Shown here: in pieces, positions 20,849 to 30,257 of the stretch | How the letters are laid out: the number at the start of each line of letters is the position of its first letter | How positions within the stretch are numbered: the stretch's first letter is position 1 | DNA from: Acidobacteriota bacterium | Lineage (GTDB): Bacteria; Acidobacteriota; UBA890; WLXD01 | Direction of reading: 5' to 3' | Length of the DNA: 64,000 nucleotides | Assembly (NCBI GenBank): GCA_963666055.2 | Contig: CAXWPH010000015.1 | Coordinates: 704,001 to 768,000 of the forward strand | Program-made: the position numbers and the translations under genes | Notes under the pieces: model-generated | What the model saw: the letters and a program-made list of their open reading frames with translations, nothing else | What the model was told of the DNA's origin: nothing | Database searches by the model: none

Positions 20849-21547
20849 ATGTCCACCGAACACGACAATGACGACTTGGTTCTGAGCGAGCTCGCCACCG
20901 ACGAGCTCGTCGACCAGATGCACGACGATCTCTACGATGGACTAGCTGAGGAGATCGGCGAGAGCACTACTATCCTGCTCGATCGCGGCTGGGAAGCGAA
21001 AAAGGTGCTCGACGATGCGCTGGTCAGCGCCATGAACGTCGTCGGCGAGGACTTCCGCGACGGAATTCTCTTCGTTCCCGAGGTGTTGATGTCCGCCAAT
21101 GCCATGAAGGCTGGCATGGCCATTCTGCAGCCGATTCTTACCCAGACCGGCGCGGAGCCGGTCGGAAAGATGGTCATCGGTACCGTCAAGGGTGACATCC
21201 ACGACATCGGCAAGAATCTCGTCGGCATGATGCTGGAAGGTGCGGGGTTCGAGGTCATCGATCTGGGCATCAACACCGACGCCGACTCTTACATCGAGGC
21301 GTTGAAGGAGCACCGTCCGGACATCCTCGGAATGTCTGCGTTGCTCACCACAACGATGCCGTACATGAAGGTCGTCATCGACACGCTCAAGGAGCAAGGC
21401 CTGCGCGACCAGTTCATCGTCATGGTGGGCGGCGCACCGCTCAACGAGGAGTTCGGGCGAGCCATCGGTGCCGACGCGTACTGTCGTGACGCCGCTACCG
21501 CGGTCGAAGTTGCCAAGCGACTCGTAGCTGAGCGACGCGCCTCCTGA
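20849..21547 (+). CDS. Corrinoid (B12-binding) protein, MttC / MetH cap plus B12 domain
   Basis: ILFVPEVL, GTVKGDIHDIGKNLV (DxHxxG), SALLTTTM, VGGAP, GADAY. Confidence 0.95.
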   Translation: MSTEHDNDDLVLSELATDELVDQMHDDLYDGLAEEIGESTTILLDRGWEAKKVLDDALVSAMNVVGEDFRDGILFVPEVLMSANAMKAGMAILQPILTQTGAEPVGKMVIGTVKGDIHDIGKNLVGMMLEGAGFEVIDLGINTDADSYIEALKEHRPDILGMSALLTTTMPYMKVVIDTLKEQGLRDQFIVMVGGAPLNEEFGRAIGADAYCRDAATAVEVAKRLVAERRAS

Positions 21548-21564
21548 CCGGGGCGAGGACACCC

Positions 21565-21669
21565 GTGCCGACACGCGTACTCATACTCGCCTGCGGAGCT
21601 CTCGGCCTCGAGGAGTTGGCCGCTCCACTCAACCGGGCAGCCGAAGGGGAGGTCGCATGGCGCAGTTGA
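21565..21669 (+). pseudogene. Probable internally deleted DUF1638 gene remnant
   Basis: 34-aa ORF MPTRVLILACGALGLEELAAPLNRAAEGEVAWRS. The ILACGAL start resembles DUF1638 proteins that normally occupy this slot after the corrinoid gene. Confidence 0.55.
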
Positions 21670-21971
21670 TCACGATCTACTGGCGCGACATTCCGGCGCA
21701 GGTGATCGGCCGCAGCGGCCGTACCCGCGTCAAGGTCGAGCTGCCGCCGCGGTTTGCGCAAGCGATCGACAGCGCGGCGATGCGCGCCGGCCGCGGTAGT
21801 AGCGACGAGTACCTCGCCGATTGGCGACGCGATCGCCGACCGTGCTCCGGGAATCTCGAAGAGGAGGTGGCCGCGCAGGTCGCACAACTCGAAAGCGAGT
21901 TCTCCGAAAGCGCCCTACGAGCCATAGTCCGGGCCAACGGCCTGGCGCAAACCCGCGAGCCAGCCCAATGA
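21657..21971 (+). CDS. 'Virulence_fact' domain protein of corrinoid methyltransferase clusters
   Basis: IYWRDIPAQV, LPPRFAQAIDSAAM, DEYLADWR. Confidence 0.85.
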   Translation: MAQLITIYWRDIPAQVIGRSGRTRVKVELPPRFAQAIDSAAMRAGRGSSDEYLADWRRDRRPCSGNLEEEVAAQVAQLESEFSESALRAIVRANGLAQTREPAQ

Positions 21972-22867
21972 CCGATACGGTAATTAGCTCCGCCACGCGC
22001 CAGGTGACGATCGGGTTCGATCGACGGTTCGTGGTCATCGGTGAGCGCATCAACCCCACGGGTCGCAAGCTTCTCGCCGCCGAGATGAAGGCCGGCGACT
22101 ACACTCGGGTCGAAGCCGACGCCGTGGCTCAGGTTGCCGCCGGCGCCACCATGCTCGACATCAACGCGGGCATTCCTCTGGCCGATGAGCCGGCGATCCT
22201 GGCTCGTTGCATCGAGCTTGTACAAGCGGTGACCGACGTACCACTGTCGATTGACTCCTCGGTGGTCGCGGCTCTGGAAGCAGGGCTGGCGGTGTATAAG
22301 GGCAAACCGCTGCTCAACTCGGTAACCGGCGAGGAAGAGCGTCTGGAGGCCGTGCTGCCGCTGGTCAAGAAGTACGGTGCCGCGGTCGTCGCGATCTCCA
22401 ACGATGACACCGGCATCTCTCAGGACATCAACGTGCGCTTCGAGGTGGCCAAGAAGATTGTCGAGCGCGCCGCCGATCACGGCATTCCGGCAAGCGACAT
22501 CGTCGTCGATCCCCTCGTCATGCCGGTCGGCGCAATCAACGACGCCGGACGGCAGGTGCTCGAGCTCGTTCGCCGCTTGCGCACCGAGCTCAAAGTCAAC
22601 ATGACCTGCGGCGCCTCGAACTTCAGCTTCGGTTTACCGAATCGACACGGAATGAACGCCGCCTTCATCGCCAGCGCCATCGGGGCAGGTCTCACATCGG
22701 CCATCACCGACCCCCTCGACGCCGGCATCATGCAGGCGGCACGCGCTGCCGATGTCATCGCCGGTCATGATCCGGAGTGCGCCCGCTGGCTCGCCGTCTA
22801 CCGCCAGGCCCCGGCAGCCGGCAGCGAACGCCAGCGCCGCGGCAAACGCGCGCGCCGGCTTCCGTGA
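21968..22867 (+). CDS. Pterin-binding methyltetrahydrofolate:corrinoid methyltransferase (DHPS-like fold)
   Basis: VIGERINPTGRK, QVAAGATMLDINAG, PLSIDS, LLNSVTGEE, DPLVMPVGA, GASNFSFGLP. Confidence 0.92.
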   Translation: MTDTVISSATRQVTIGFDRRFVVIGERINPTGRKLLAAEMKAGDYTRVEADAVAQVAAGATMLDINAGIPLADEPAILARCIELVQAVTDVPLSIDSSVVAALEAGLAVYKGKPLLNSVTGEEERLEAVLPLVKKYGAAVVAISNDDTGISQDINVRFEVAKKIVERAADHGIPASDIVVDPLVMPVGAINDAGRQVLELVRRLRTELKVNMTCGASNFSFGLPNRHGMNAAFIASAIGAGLTSAITDPLDAGIMQAARAADVIAGHDPECARWLAVYRQAPAAGSERQRRGKRARRLP

Positions 22868-22874
22868 ACGGACA

Positions 22875-24896
22875 GTGGCACAGCCCGACGCGCTGATCGT
22901 CTTCACCCCCTCGGGAAAGCGAGGGCGATTCGCCCTCGACACGCCGATACTCGACGCCGCTCGGCAGCTCGGCGTCGATATCGATTCAGTGTGTGGGGGT
23001 CGCGGCATCTGCGGCCGCTGCCAGGTGACGCTGAGCGAGGGCAAATTCGCCAAGCACGGAATCACCTCGCAGGCAGACCACCTGACACCGTTGTCTGAAC
23101 CTGAACAGCGCTATGCCGACAAGAGCGGGCTCGGGACGGACCGTAGGTTGAGCTGCCACACACGGCTGCGCGGCGATGTGGTCATTGACGTACCGGCGAG
23201 CAGCCAGGTACATCGCCAGGTCGTGCGTAAAGAACTCGACGCACGTGATATCGAGCTCGATCCGGTGGTCCGATTGCACTTCGTCGTGGTGGCGGAGCCT
23301 GACATGGACGAACCGACGGCGGACCTCGAGCGGCTTTGCGACGCGCTGGAACGCGAGTGGGGGATAGCCGACCTGACCTGCGATCCGACCGCGCTCCGCC
23401 GACTGCAACCGGCACTCCGCGACGGCAAGTGGTCGGTGACGGTGGCGGTCCGCAAAGGCAGCGAGATCGTCGCGGTCTGGCCAGGTTTTCTCGACACCAT
23501 CTACGGCATGGCGGTGGATGTTGGCTCGACCACCATTGCGGCACATCTTTGCGATCTTTACACCGGGGAGGTCGTCGCCAGCGCCGGGGTCATGAATCCG
23601 CAGATTCGGTTCGGCGAGGACCTCATGAGCCGAGTCTCCTACGTGATGATGAACCCGGGCGGCGAAGAACAGCTGACCAAGGTCGTCCGCGAGGCCATCG
23701 CCACGCTGGCCGCAGAGGTGAGCGCCGCCGCAGGTGTGTCACCTACCGACGTTCTCGAAGTCACCCTGGTCGGCAATCCGGTGATGCACCATCTGTTGCT
23801 CGGTATCGATCCGACACCGCTGGGAACCGCGCCCTTCGCGCTGGCCACCGCGCGCGCCACGACGCTGCCTGCCAGGCAACTGGAGCTCGGAGTTCACCCC
23901 GGAGCTCGAGCGTACCTTCTACCTTGTATCGCCGGGCACGTCGGCGCCGACACCGCCGGCATGCTGCTGGCGGAAGCGCCCTACCGCGACGATGCGATCA
24001 CGCTGCTGGTCGACGTGGGGACGAATGCCGAGCTCGTGCTCGGAAGCCGCAAGAGCTTGGTGGCCGCCTCCAGCCCCACCGGGCCCGCCTTCGAGGGAGC
24101 ACAAATCAGCTGCGGTCAGCGCGCCGCGCCAGGCGCGATCGAGAGGGGGCGTATCGATCGCGACACCCTGGAGCCGCGGTTCAAGGTCATCGGCTGCGAG
24201 CTCTGGTCGGACGACCCCGAGTTCGCCGAACAGACGAGCGCAACGGGTGTCACCGGTGTCTGCGGCTCCGGCATCATCGAGGTGGTTGCCGAGATGTATC
24301 TGACCGGCATCATCGACGCGGACGGGGCGATCGACGGACGGCTTGCCGAGCGCAGCCCCCGGATCGTGGCGGACGGCCGTACCCATGCCTACGTATTGCA
24401 CGAAGGCGAGCCCCGAGTGCGTATCGTCCAGAACGATGTTCGCGCCATTCAGCTGGCCAAAGGCGCCCTATACGCTGGTGCCCGCCTGCTGATGGAGCGC
24501 CTGGGCGTCGAGAAGGTGGATCGCATCCGGCTGGCGGGCGCCTTCGGCAGCCATATCGACGTGAAGTACGCCATGGTGCTGGGCATGATCCCCGACTGCG
24601 ACTTGAGCCAGGTCTCCTCGGCCGGCAACGCTGCCGGTGCCGGCGCACGCATCGCGCTGCTCGATGGCAGCGCCCGCGCCGAGATCGAGACCTGGGTGCG
24701 CCGCATCGAGAAGGTAGAGACGGCGGTGGCCGACCGCTTTCAGCATCACTTCATCAACGCGATGGCCATACCGAACAAGGAGGAGCCGTTCCCCGAGCTC
24801 GCCAAGGTCGTAACGCTGCCGGCGCCGAAGCAGGCGGCCGACACCGATCGACGAGGTCGGCGAGGTCGCCGGCGGCGCAGCCCACCGAGGAGGTAG
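22875..24896 (+). CDS. Reductive activator of corrinoid proteins (RACo, ASKHA/DUF4445 with N-terminal 2Fe-2S)
   Basis: SVCGGRGICGRC, RLSC, VDVGSTT, NPQIRFGEDLMSR, DVGTNAE, TGPAFEG, GVCGSG, LAGAFGS, GNAAGAGA. Confidence 0.93.
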   Translation: MAQPDALIVFTPSGKRGRFALDTPILDAARQLGVDIDSVCGGRGICGRCQVTLSEGKFAKHGITSQADHLTPLSEPEQRYADKSGLGTDRRLSCHTRLRGDVVIDVPASSQVHRQVVRKELDARDIELDPVVRLHFVVVAEPDMDEPTADLERLCDALEREWGIADLTCDPTALRRLQPALRDGKWSVTVAVRKGSEIVAVWPGFLDTIYGMAVDVGSTTIAAHLCDLYTGEVVASAGVMNPQIRFGEDLMSRVSYVMMNPGGEEQLTKVVREAIATLAAEVSAAAGVSPTDVLEVTLVGNPVMHHLLLGIDPTPLGTAPFALATARATTLPARQLELGVHPGARAYLLPCIAGHVGADTAGMLLAEAPYRDDAITLLVDVGTNAELVLGSRKSLVAASSPTGPAFEGAQISCGQRAAPGAIERGRIDRDTLEPRFKVIGCELWSDDPEFAEQTSATGVTGVCGSGIIEVVAEMYLTGIIDADGAIDGRLAERSPRIVADGRTHAYVLHEGEPRVRIVQNDVRAIQLAKGALYAGARLLMERLGVEKVDRIRLAGAFGSHIDVKYAMVLGMIPDCDLSQVSSAGNAAGAGARIALLDGSARAEIETWVRRIEKVETAVADRFQHHFINAMAIPNKEEPFPELAKVVTLPAPKQAADTDRRGRRGRRRRSPPRR

Positions 24897-24924
24897 CCGG
24901 GGGCTGAAGAACTCTGCTAGGCGG

Positions 24925-26451
24925 TCAGCCCCGCGGTGTCCTTCGGCGCCGCCGTTTCTTGGGTTCAGCTCGAACCGCAGCGTCCTGAGCTACCGGGGGC
25001 GGTACCGCCGGGAGCTCTTCCTGCGACTCGAAGCCCGACGTGATCAGGCGACCCAGCTCCGCCACCACGGCGGCATCGGTATCGAGGGGCTCGTACTTGG
25101 CGAGCCGTTCCTCGACCTCGTCGGCAGCGCGCTCAGGAAGCTCCTTGCCGCCCTGCTTGATCCAGGCCTCGCGGTTCTCGCGATCCACGACGGGGGAAGT
25201 GAGATAGAGCTCCTGCGGCCAATGCTCGAGCGTGTGCTCAGCGGTGATCAGGTGGTTCTCCGCCATCAGCGCGTCCGCCAGGCGGGCAATCGGCAGGTCA
25301 TCCAGTAGCCGGATCTCACGCACGAAGTGGAGCGCCTGCCCGCACATCTCATCGTCGAACACGAGCTTCGCGAGGCTGAAGACGAGCACGAAATCGAGCA
25401 TCCCAGGACCCGATACCGAGTTAACGCCGGCCAGCGCAGCCAGCAGCGCTGACCCGAACGTCTCAGCGCCCGCCTGTGCATCGAGAAGCTTGGCATCGCT
25501 GAGCGCCATATACGCCTGTGTGGGCAAGTCGAGCGACTTGGCAACGGCAACATAGGCGGTATCCAGCTGCAGCGCTTCGATCGCCGCCATCGGAGCGCTC
25601 GCTGCTTTCATGTGGAAGGTCGCCGGGGCCCCCCCGAAGATCACCGGCGTGCCCTGCCTAACGATCTGGGCCATCGTCAGCCCCGCGAGCACATCGACGG
25701 TGTGAAACACCGTCGCCCCCACCAGCGTCACCGGTGCGATGAGCCCCATCAGGGTGACCGGGACGATCTCGATCGGAATTCCCCGCTCGGCACAGTCGAT
25801 GATGTTCTGGCACGAATCCTCGCCATAGCGGAAGTTCCCCGTCGCGGTGATCGTGAAAATCGACATCGGACGCGCCATCAGATCGGCAGCGTCGTCGCGG
25901 AACAGTTGCATCATGTCCGCCATCCGAGGCACGCCGTCGGCCGTGAACGACCCCGACACCACCGGCTTGCGACTATTGGTCAGACAAATGTAGAGCCGCC
26001 ACGCATCGGAAACCTGCGCCTCGATGTCGTCGTTGGTGGAGAACGCCGTGGCGAGATAGGCGATGTTGGTGAGCCCATCGCACAACCGAACGTACTCGGT
26101 AAAGTCGGTGGAGTTCGCTAACCGGGTCTCGCCGGTGCGATGGTCCAGGACCTTTAGCCCGCTCGAGCCCGGAACGAAGTGCACGTTGTTGCCGCCAATC
26201 TCCGTGTAGGAAGAACCATGGCGATCAAACAAGGTGAATGACTTGGGAGTGCTGGCGATCGCCGCCTCGACCACGTCCGCCGGGAACAGCACCCGCTCCC
26301 CGGAGGCATCGAGCGGCAGCCCATGATCGAGCAAGAGCTGCCGCATCACCGGGCCCCGAATCTCCATACCGGTCTCGGCCAGAAACCGCTTGGCCTCGTC
26401 GAGAACCTGCGCGATGAGATCATCACTCAAGATGTTCAGTGTGGGACGCAT
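24925..26451 (-). CDS. Trimethylamine methyltransferase (MttB) superfamily protein, non-pyrrolysine
   Basis: [45 protein letters not shown] (no amber codon at the Pyl site), GMLD. Confidence 0.9.
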   Translation of the reverse strand: MRPTLNILSDDLIAQVLDEAKRFLAETGMEIRGPVMRQLLLDHGLPLDASGERVLFPADVVEAAIASTPKSFTLFDRHGSSYTEIGGNNVHFVPGSSGLKVLDHRTGETRLANSTDFTEYVRLCDGLTNIAYLATAFSTNDDIEAQVSDAWRLYICLTNSRKPVVSGSFTADGVPRMADMMQLFRDDAADLMARPMSIFTITATGNFRYGEDSCQNIIDCAERGIPIEIVPVTLMGLIAPVTLVGATVFHTVDVLAGLTMAQIVRQGTPVIFGGAPATFHMKAASAPMAAIEALQLDTAYVAVAKSLDLPTQAYMALSDAKLLDAQAGAETFGSALLAALAGVNSVSGPGMLDFVLVFSLAKLVFDDEMCGQALHFVREIRLLDDLPIARLADALMAENHLITAEHTLEHWPQELYLTSPVVDRENREAWIKQGGKELPERAADEVEERLAKYEPLDTDAAVVAELGRLITSGFESQEELPAVPPPVAQDAAVRAEPKKRRRRRTPRG

Positions 26452-26592
26452 GGCTCTACCTCGCAGCACTTCAACTACGGTGGACCGCCGCTAAGACTAC
26501 CGGCGCTCAAGCGTGACGGCAACGTCGGCTCTGCTAAGCTGTCGGGGTTGAAATCTTCTGCCAAACCGAACTCGAATCGAGCCCTGCTGGCA

Positions 26593-27846
26593 ATGCGCGC
26601 CACGCTGCTCGCGGCGCTGCTGCTCGCGGCGCTGGCGGCAGGGCCTGCGCCGCGCCCTCTACAGCAGGACGCCAACGCCTGGCCGCACCTCCTCGGGCCT
26701 CGGCGCGACGGAACCGCCCCGACAACCCGAATCGCCGCGTGGCCTGCCGACGGGCCGCGAGTGCTCTGGAGACGCAGCGTCGGTGAGGGATTCGCCGGCC
26801 CGGCGGTGGCAGCTGGACGACTGCTACTGTTTCACCGCGTCGCCGACGAGGAAGTGCTGGAGTCGCTGGATCCCGCTACTGGTCGACCCACTTGGTCGGC
26901 ATCGTACGCCACAGACTATCGGGACGACTTCGGCTTCGACGAGGGGCCGCGGGCCACACCCACCGTTGCGCAGGGGCGAGTGTTCACGCTGGGCGCCCAA
27001 GGCGAGCTTCAGGCCGTCGATCTGGCCACCGGGCAGAGGCTGTGGTCAGTCGGCACGCACGCCCGCTTCGGGGTTCGCAAAGGGTTCTTCGGCGCCGCAT
27101 CGGCACCATTGGTCGACGGCGATCACGTCATGGTCAACGTTGGTGGCCGCGACGCTGGAATCGTCGCGTTCGATGTTGCCAGCGGTGAGGTCGTCTGGAC
27201 CGCCACGGATCACGAAGCCAGCTACTCGGCGCCCGTGACTGCTGATCTCGGGGGGCACCACAGCGCGCTGTTCTTCACCCGCAACGGCCTGGTCGAGATC
27301 GACCCGGCGAGCGGCCGCGTACGCGCCGACTACCCCTGGCGCTCACGCTCGCGTTCATCGGTAAATGCCGCGAGTCCCCTCGTAATCGGTGAGCGCGTGT
27401 ACCTTTCTGCTAGCTACGGTACTGGTGCCGTGCTCCTGGAGCGCAGCGCCGCGGGTTTCATACCGGTCTGGTCGTCAGACGACGTGCTGACGAATCACTA
27501 TTCCACCAGCGTCCATCACCGCGGTTACCTCTATGGCTTCCACGGTCGCCAGGAGTACGGGCAGTCGCTACGTGCCGTCGAGTTGAGCACCGGGAAACTA
27601 GCCTGGGAGGTCAAGCGCTTCGGTGCCGGCACCCTGCTGCTCGCAAACGACCGTCTGCTTATCTTGCGTGAGCGTGGCGAGCTGGTGCTGGCCGAGGCTA
27701 CGCCAGAGGCTTTTCGGCCCTTGGCTAGCTCCCGCATCCTCGATGGAACGGTGCGAGCCTATCCGGCATTGGCGAACAGCATGCTGTTCGCCAGAAACGA
27801 GAGCGAGCTCATTGCGGTCGAGCTTTCCTCTCCCCCGGTGAACTAG
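26593..27846 (+). CDS. Secreted PQQ-binding-like beta-propeller repeat protein
   Basis: Signal peptide; WPHLLGPRRDG, GEGFAGPAV, GPRATPTV, repeated D..TG..W blades. Confidence 0.9.
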   Translation: MRATLLAALLLAALAAGPAPRPLQQDANAWPHLLGPRRDGTAPTTRIAAWPADGPRVLWRRSVGEGFAGPAVAAGRLLLFHRVADEEVLESLDPATGRPTWSASYATDYRDDFGFDEGPRATPTVAQGRVFTLGAQGELQAVDLATGQRLWSVGTHARFGVRKGFFGAASAPLVDGDHVMVNVGGRDAGIVAFDVASGEVVWTATDHEASYSAPVTADLGGHHSALFFTRNGLVEIDPASGRVRADYPWRSRSRSSVNAASPLVIGERVYLSASYGTGAVLLERSAAGFIPVWSSDDVLTNHYSTSVHHRGYLYGFHGRQEYGQSLRAVELSTGKLAWEVKRFGAGTLLLANDRLLILRERGELVLAEATPEAFRPLASSRILDGTVRAYPALANSMLFARNESELIAVELSSPPVN

Positions 27847-27906
27847 AAAGTCGCGCACCAGCCGGGGCCGGATGGCCCCTTCCCGTACTGGGGTAACCCT
27901 ACTCGC

Positions 27907-28608
27907 CTAGTCGGCCGGCCGCCGGAACTTCAGCGCGAAACGGTCGATCGTCCAGCGGCTGCCCCGGAAGCTCTGGTCGAAGTCGTCGTCAGGGTTGGCG
28001 TACATCTCCGAGCGCTCCACCAGCTCGAACCCGGCCGCGGTCAGAGCGTCGACCACGTGTTGCTCGTTGATGCGGTGCGTGCTGTCGTCGAAGCCTTCCT
28101 TCGGAGTCCGCGCATCGACGACGCCGAAGATCCCGCCCGGCTTGAGCGCGGCGAGATACGACGCATAGATCGGACCGGTATTGCCACGGTTCTCAAGGTC
28201 GTGGATGTTCCGAACCGTGATCATCACGTCCACGCTGCCCGGCGTTACCTCGGCGAAGTCGGTGAACACCACGACGTTTGACAGGCCGGCGGCCTCGACG
28301 CGCTCCGCCGTGCTGCCACGACGATCGGGACCCGCCAGTACCTGCCCATGCTCCACTATCAGCGACAGCACGTGGGTGTTGTAGCCGCCACCTGGCATCA
28401 GATCGACGACCGTCATGTCGGGCTCGACGCCAAAGAACTCGTAGAGCTCCAGGGGCTTGCTGCCGGCATCACGCTCGCGGTCGGCGTCGGTTCGCAGCGG
28501 ATCATCGAGAGCGCTCTGGCCTTGCGCCAGGCCGAGCGTCGCAGCGACGGCAAGTGCCACCACAGCGGCGGTCGGCGAACGGAAATGCACACGGCTCTTG
28601 CAGAACAT
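27907..28608 (-). CDS. Exported class I SAM-dependent methyltransferase-like protein
   Basis: Signal peptide; R..ADRERD..KPLE..EFFGV, DLMPGGGY, LKPGGIFGVVD, DRFALKFRRP. Confidence 0.85.
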   Translation of the reverse strand: MFCKSRVHFRSPTAAVVALAVAATLGLAQGQSALDDPLRTDADRERDAGSKPLELYEFFGVEPDMTVVDLMPGGGYNTHVLSLIVEHGQVLAGPDRRGSTAERVEAAGLSNVVVFTDFAEVTPGSVDVMITVRNIHDLENRGNTGPIYASYLAALKPGGIFGVVDARTPKEGFDDSTHRINEQHVVDALTAAGFELVERSEMYANPDDDFDQSFRGSRWTIDRFALKFRRPAD

Positions 28609-28707
28609 TGCTTCTACTCCACAACGATGGGGATCGATCGAACGAGCCTATCTATCCACACATGGCATACAAACGCCAAGCGCCGCACGCGCCGCCGCTG
28701 CCACTGC

Positions 28708-28964
28708 CAGGCCGTGGTGAAAGTGTGGTGGGCTTGGCGGCCGGGTCTTGCGAGGCGGAGGCAAGGAGAGAGGAGGAGGCGATGATCGCCCCATCGTTGA
28801 CGACGAACGACGCAGCATACGCGCGCAACCCCCTGTCGCCCGAAGGGTTACGGTGATTTGGGACCATCTGCAGCGTTGGCCTTCCGCGACAATGGCTAGC
28901 AGGCCGCCTTGCATCTGGCCCCAACTCGCCGTAACCAGACCCACCACACTTTCACCACGGCCTG
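28708..28964 (-). mobile_element. MITE copy 1 (257 bp, inverted relative to copies 2 and 3)
   Basis: 30-bp TIRs CAGGCCGTGGTGAAAGTGTGGTGGG..., 28/30 match. CTAG on the right, CTGC on the left. Lacks 14 bp (ACACAGGCGATGCC in copy 2) relative to the other copies. Confidence 0.88.
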
Positions 28965-29614
28965 CTAGGGTCGTCAGCGGGACTGAACCCTCCGCCGGCA
29001 GGCTCCAAGGTCGCCAGCAGCGTATCGAACTCGATGGCGATCACAGAGCTCTGACGGTTTGCTGCCTTCGCACGACGTACTGTTCCCTGACTGGTAGTGG
29101 GACTGACCCGACCCTTGCTCTCAAGAAAGCGGACGAGACAATGCGACCCGACGGGGACATGCGGCTGATCCACGCGTGCCAACACCCCACTGCGACTCAT
29201 ATTAAGTGTCACGCCACGCAAGGCAGGAGGATGCCGTTCTTCTACCTCAACGCGGATCAGATGGCAGACCTCAAAGCGCGGAAACCGTTCAACAATGAGC
29301 CGTGGTGCGATGTCTAGGTGACCGCAGAGTTCCTCGAACCAGGAGCTTTGGAAGAATTCATTCGGGTGTCCATACCTAATGATTTTCGTCAAGCGCTTTC
29401 GTTGGTGCGAAGAGATCAGCTCCCGATCGTGTATCTCGCGGAAAAAAACACAGTCATCGACAGCCTGCTTGAGAACCGCCGCGAAGAGCCTGCGACAGGC
29501 GTCCGGATCGTACTCCTCTGGCCGGGAGCAACCTTCCCGAGCGACTCCTTGAACCTCAGTCCTAGGCTGCTGCGCTGCAGATGTGGCGATTGCTCTCGAC
29601 ATCGTTTTGTTCAT
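28952..29614 (-). CDS. PilZ-domain protein with unknown N-terminal helical domain; stop codon lies inside MITE copy 1
   Basis: ERFPRF...GVTLNMSRSGVL...GTVRR...IAIEF PilZ-like pattern; N-terminal RRLFAAVLKQAVDD. Confidence 0.65.
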   Translation of the reverse strand: MNKTMSRAIATSAAQQPRTEVQGVAREGCSRPEEYDPDACRRLFAAVLKQAVDDCVFFREIHDRELISSHQRKRLTKIIRYGHPNEFFQSSWFEELCGHLDIAPRLIVERFPRFEVCHLIRVEVEERHPPALRGVTLNMSRSGVLARVDQPHVPVGSHCLVRFLESKGRVSPTTSQGTVRRAKAANRQSSVIAIEFDTLLATLEPAGGGFSPADDPSRPW

Positions 29615-30257
29615 TGGTGGCCACCCGGTCCTTCACTCCATCGCGCTAGCCCAACCAAGGGCTGGCAGCCTGAGAAGTTCGGTGTTCAGCGCAGAGCACG
29701 GGCCGCAAGCACCGAATGCCCCGCCGAGGGCGCGCCGCCGACTGTGCCGGATCCTAGTCGTAACATCAGCGACGCGCCCATCGGGCGTTTCCTGGTCTGG
29801 GTAAGAGGGAGACTCAATCCCGTTGCTGAGACTCAGCATATACGCTATGAAACGTATCGAACGCGTTGGGTCAGTTCAACATAGTTTTCATATGTCAAGA
29901 TAACTTAAGTTGTTCAACATTAATCATTAGTAACTTTCAAAGGACGAATGGGGTCACGAAAGCCGTCTCCTTTCCCTCGGGCAGGCCCAAGGCGGTGCTT
30001 CGGGTGAAGGGCGGCGCGCTTCGTGTCGTCGGAGTAACTCGAGCGGAGGCACATGGGTCTGGAGCCGAAGCCTGACGAGCTGGTCCACACCCAGCAGGGG
30101 CGTTTAGCATCGCCAGTTTCAAGGCCCACCCCCACCCGACGAATGGAATCACCAGCGACTCGTAGCCAGCGGGCCTATTCAATAGCTGATCGGCGAGAGT
30201 ACGGGACGTTGCCGTCGGGACCCACGAGTACACTGTGCACGCATCGCGACAACGGCG

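Noticed and set aside
21657-21971. Pathogenicity role for the 'virulence factor' domain
   Set aside because: The name is historical; the context is a corrinoid methyltransferase operon.
24925-26451. Pyrrolysine-containing MttB
   Set aside because: The frame is open with no amber codon before SDAK.
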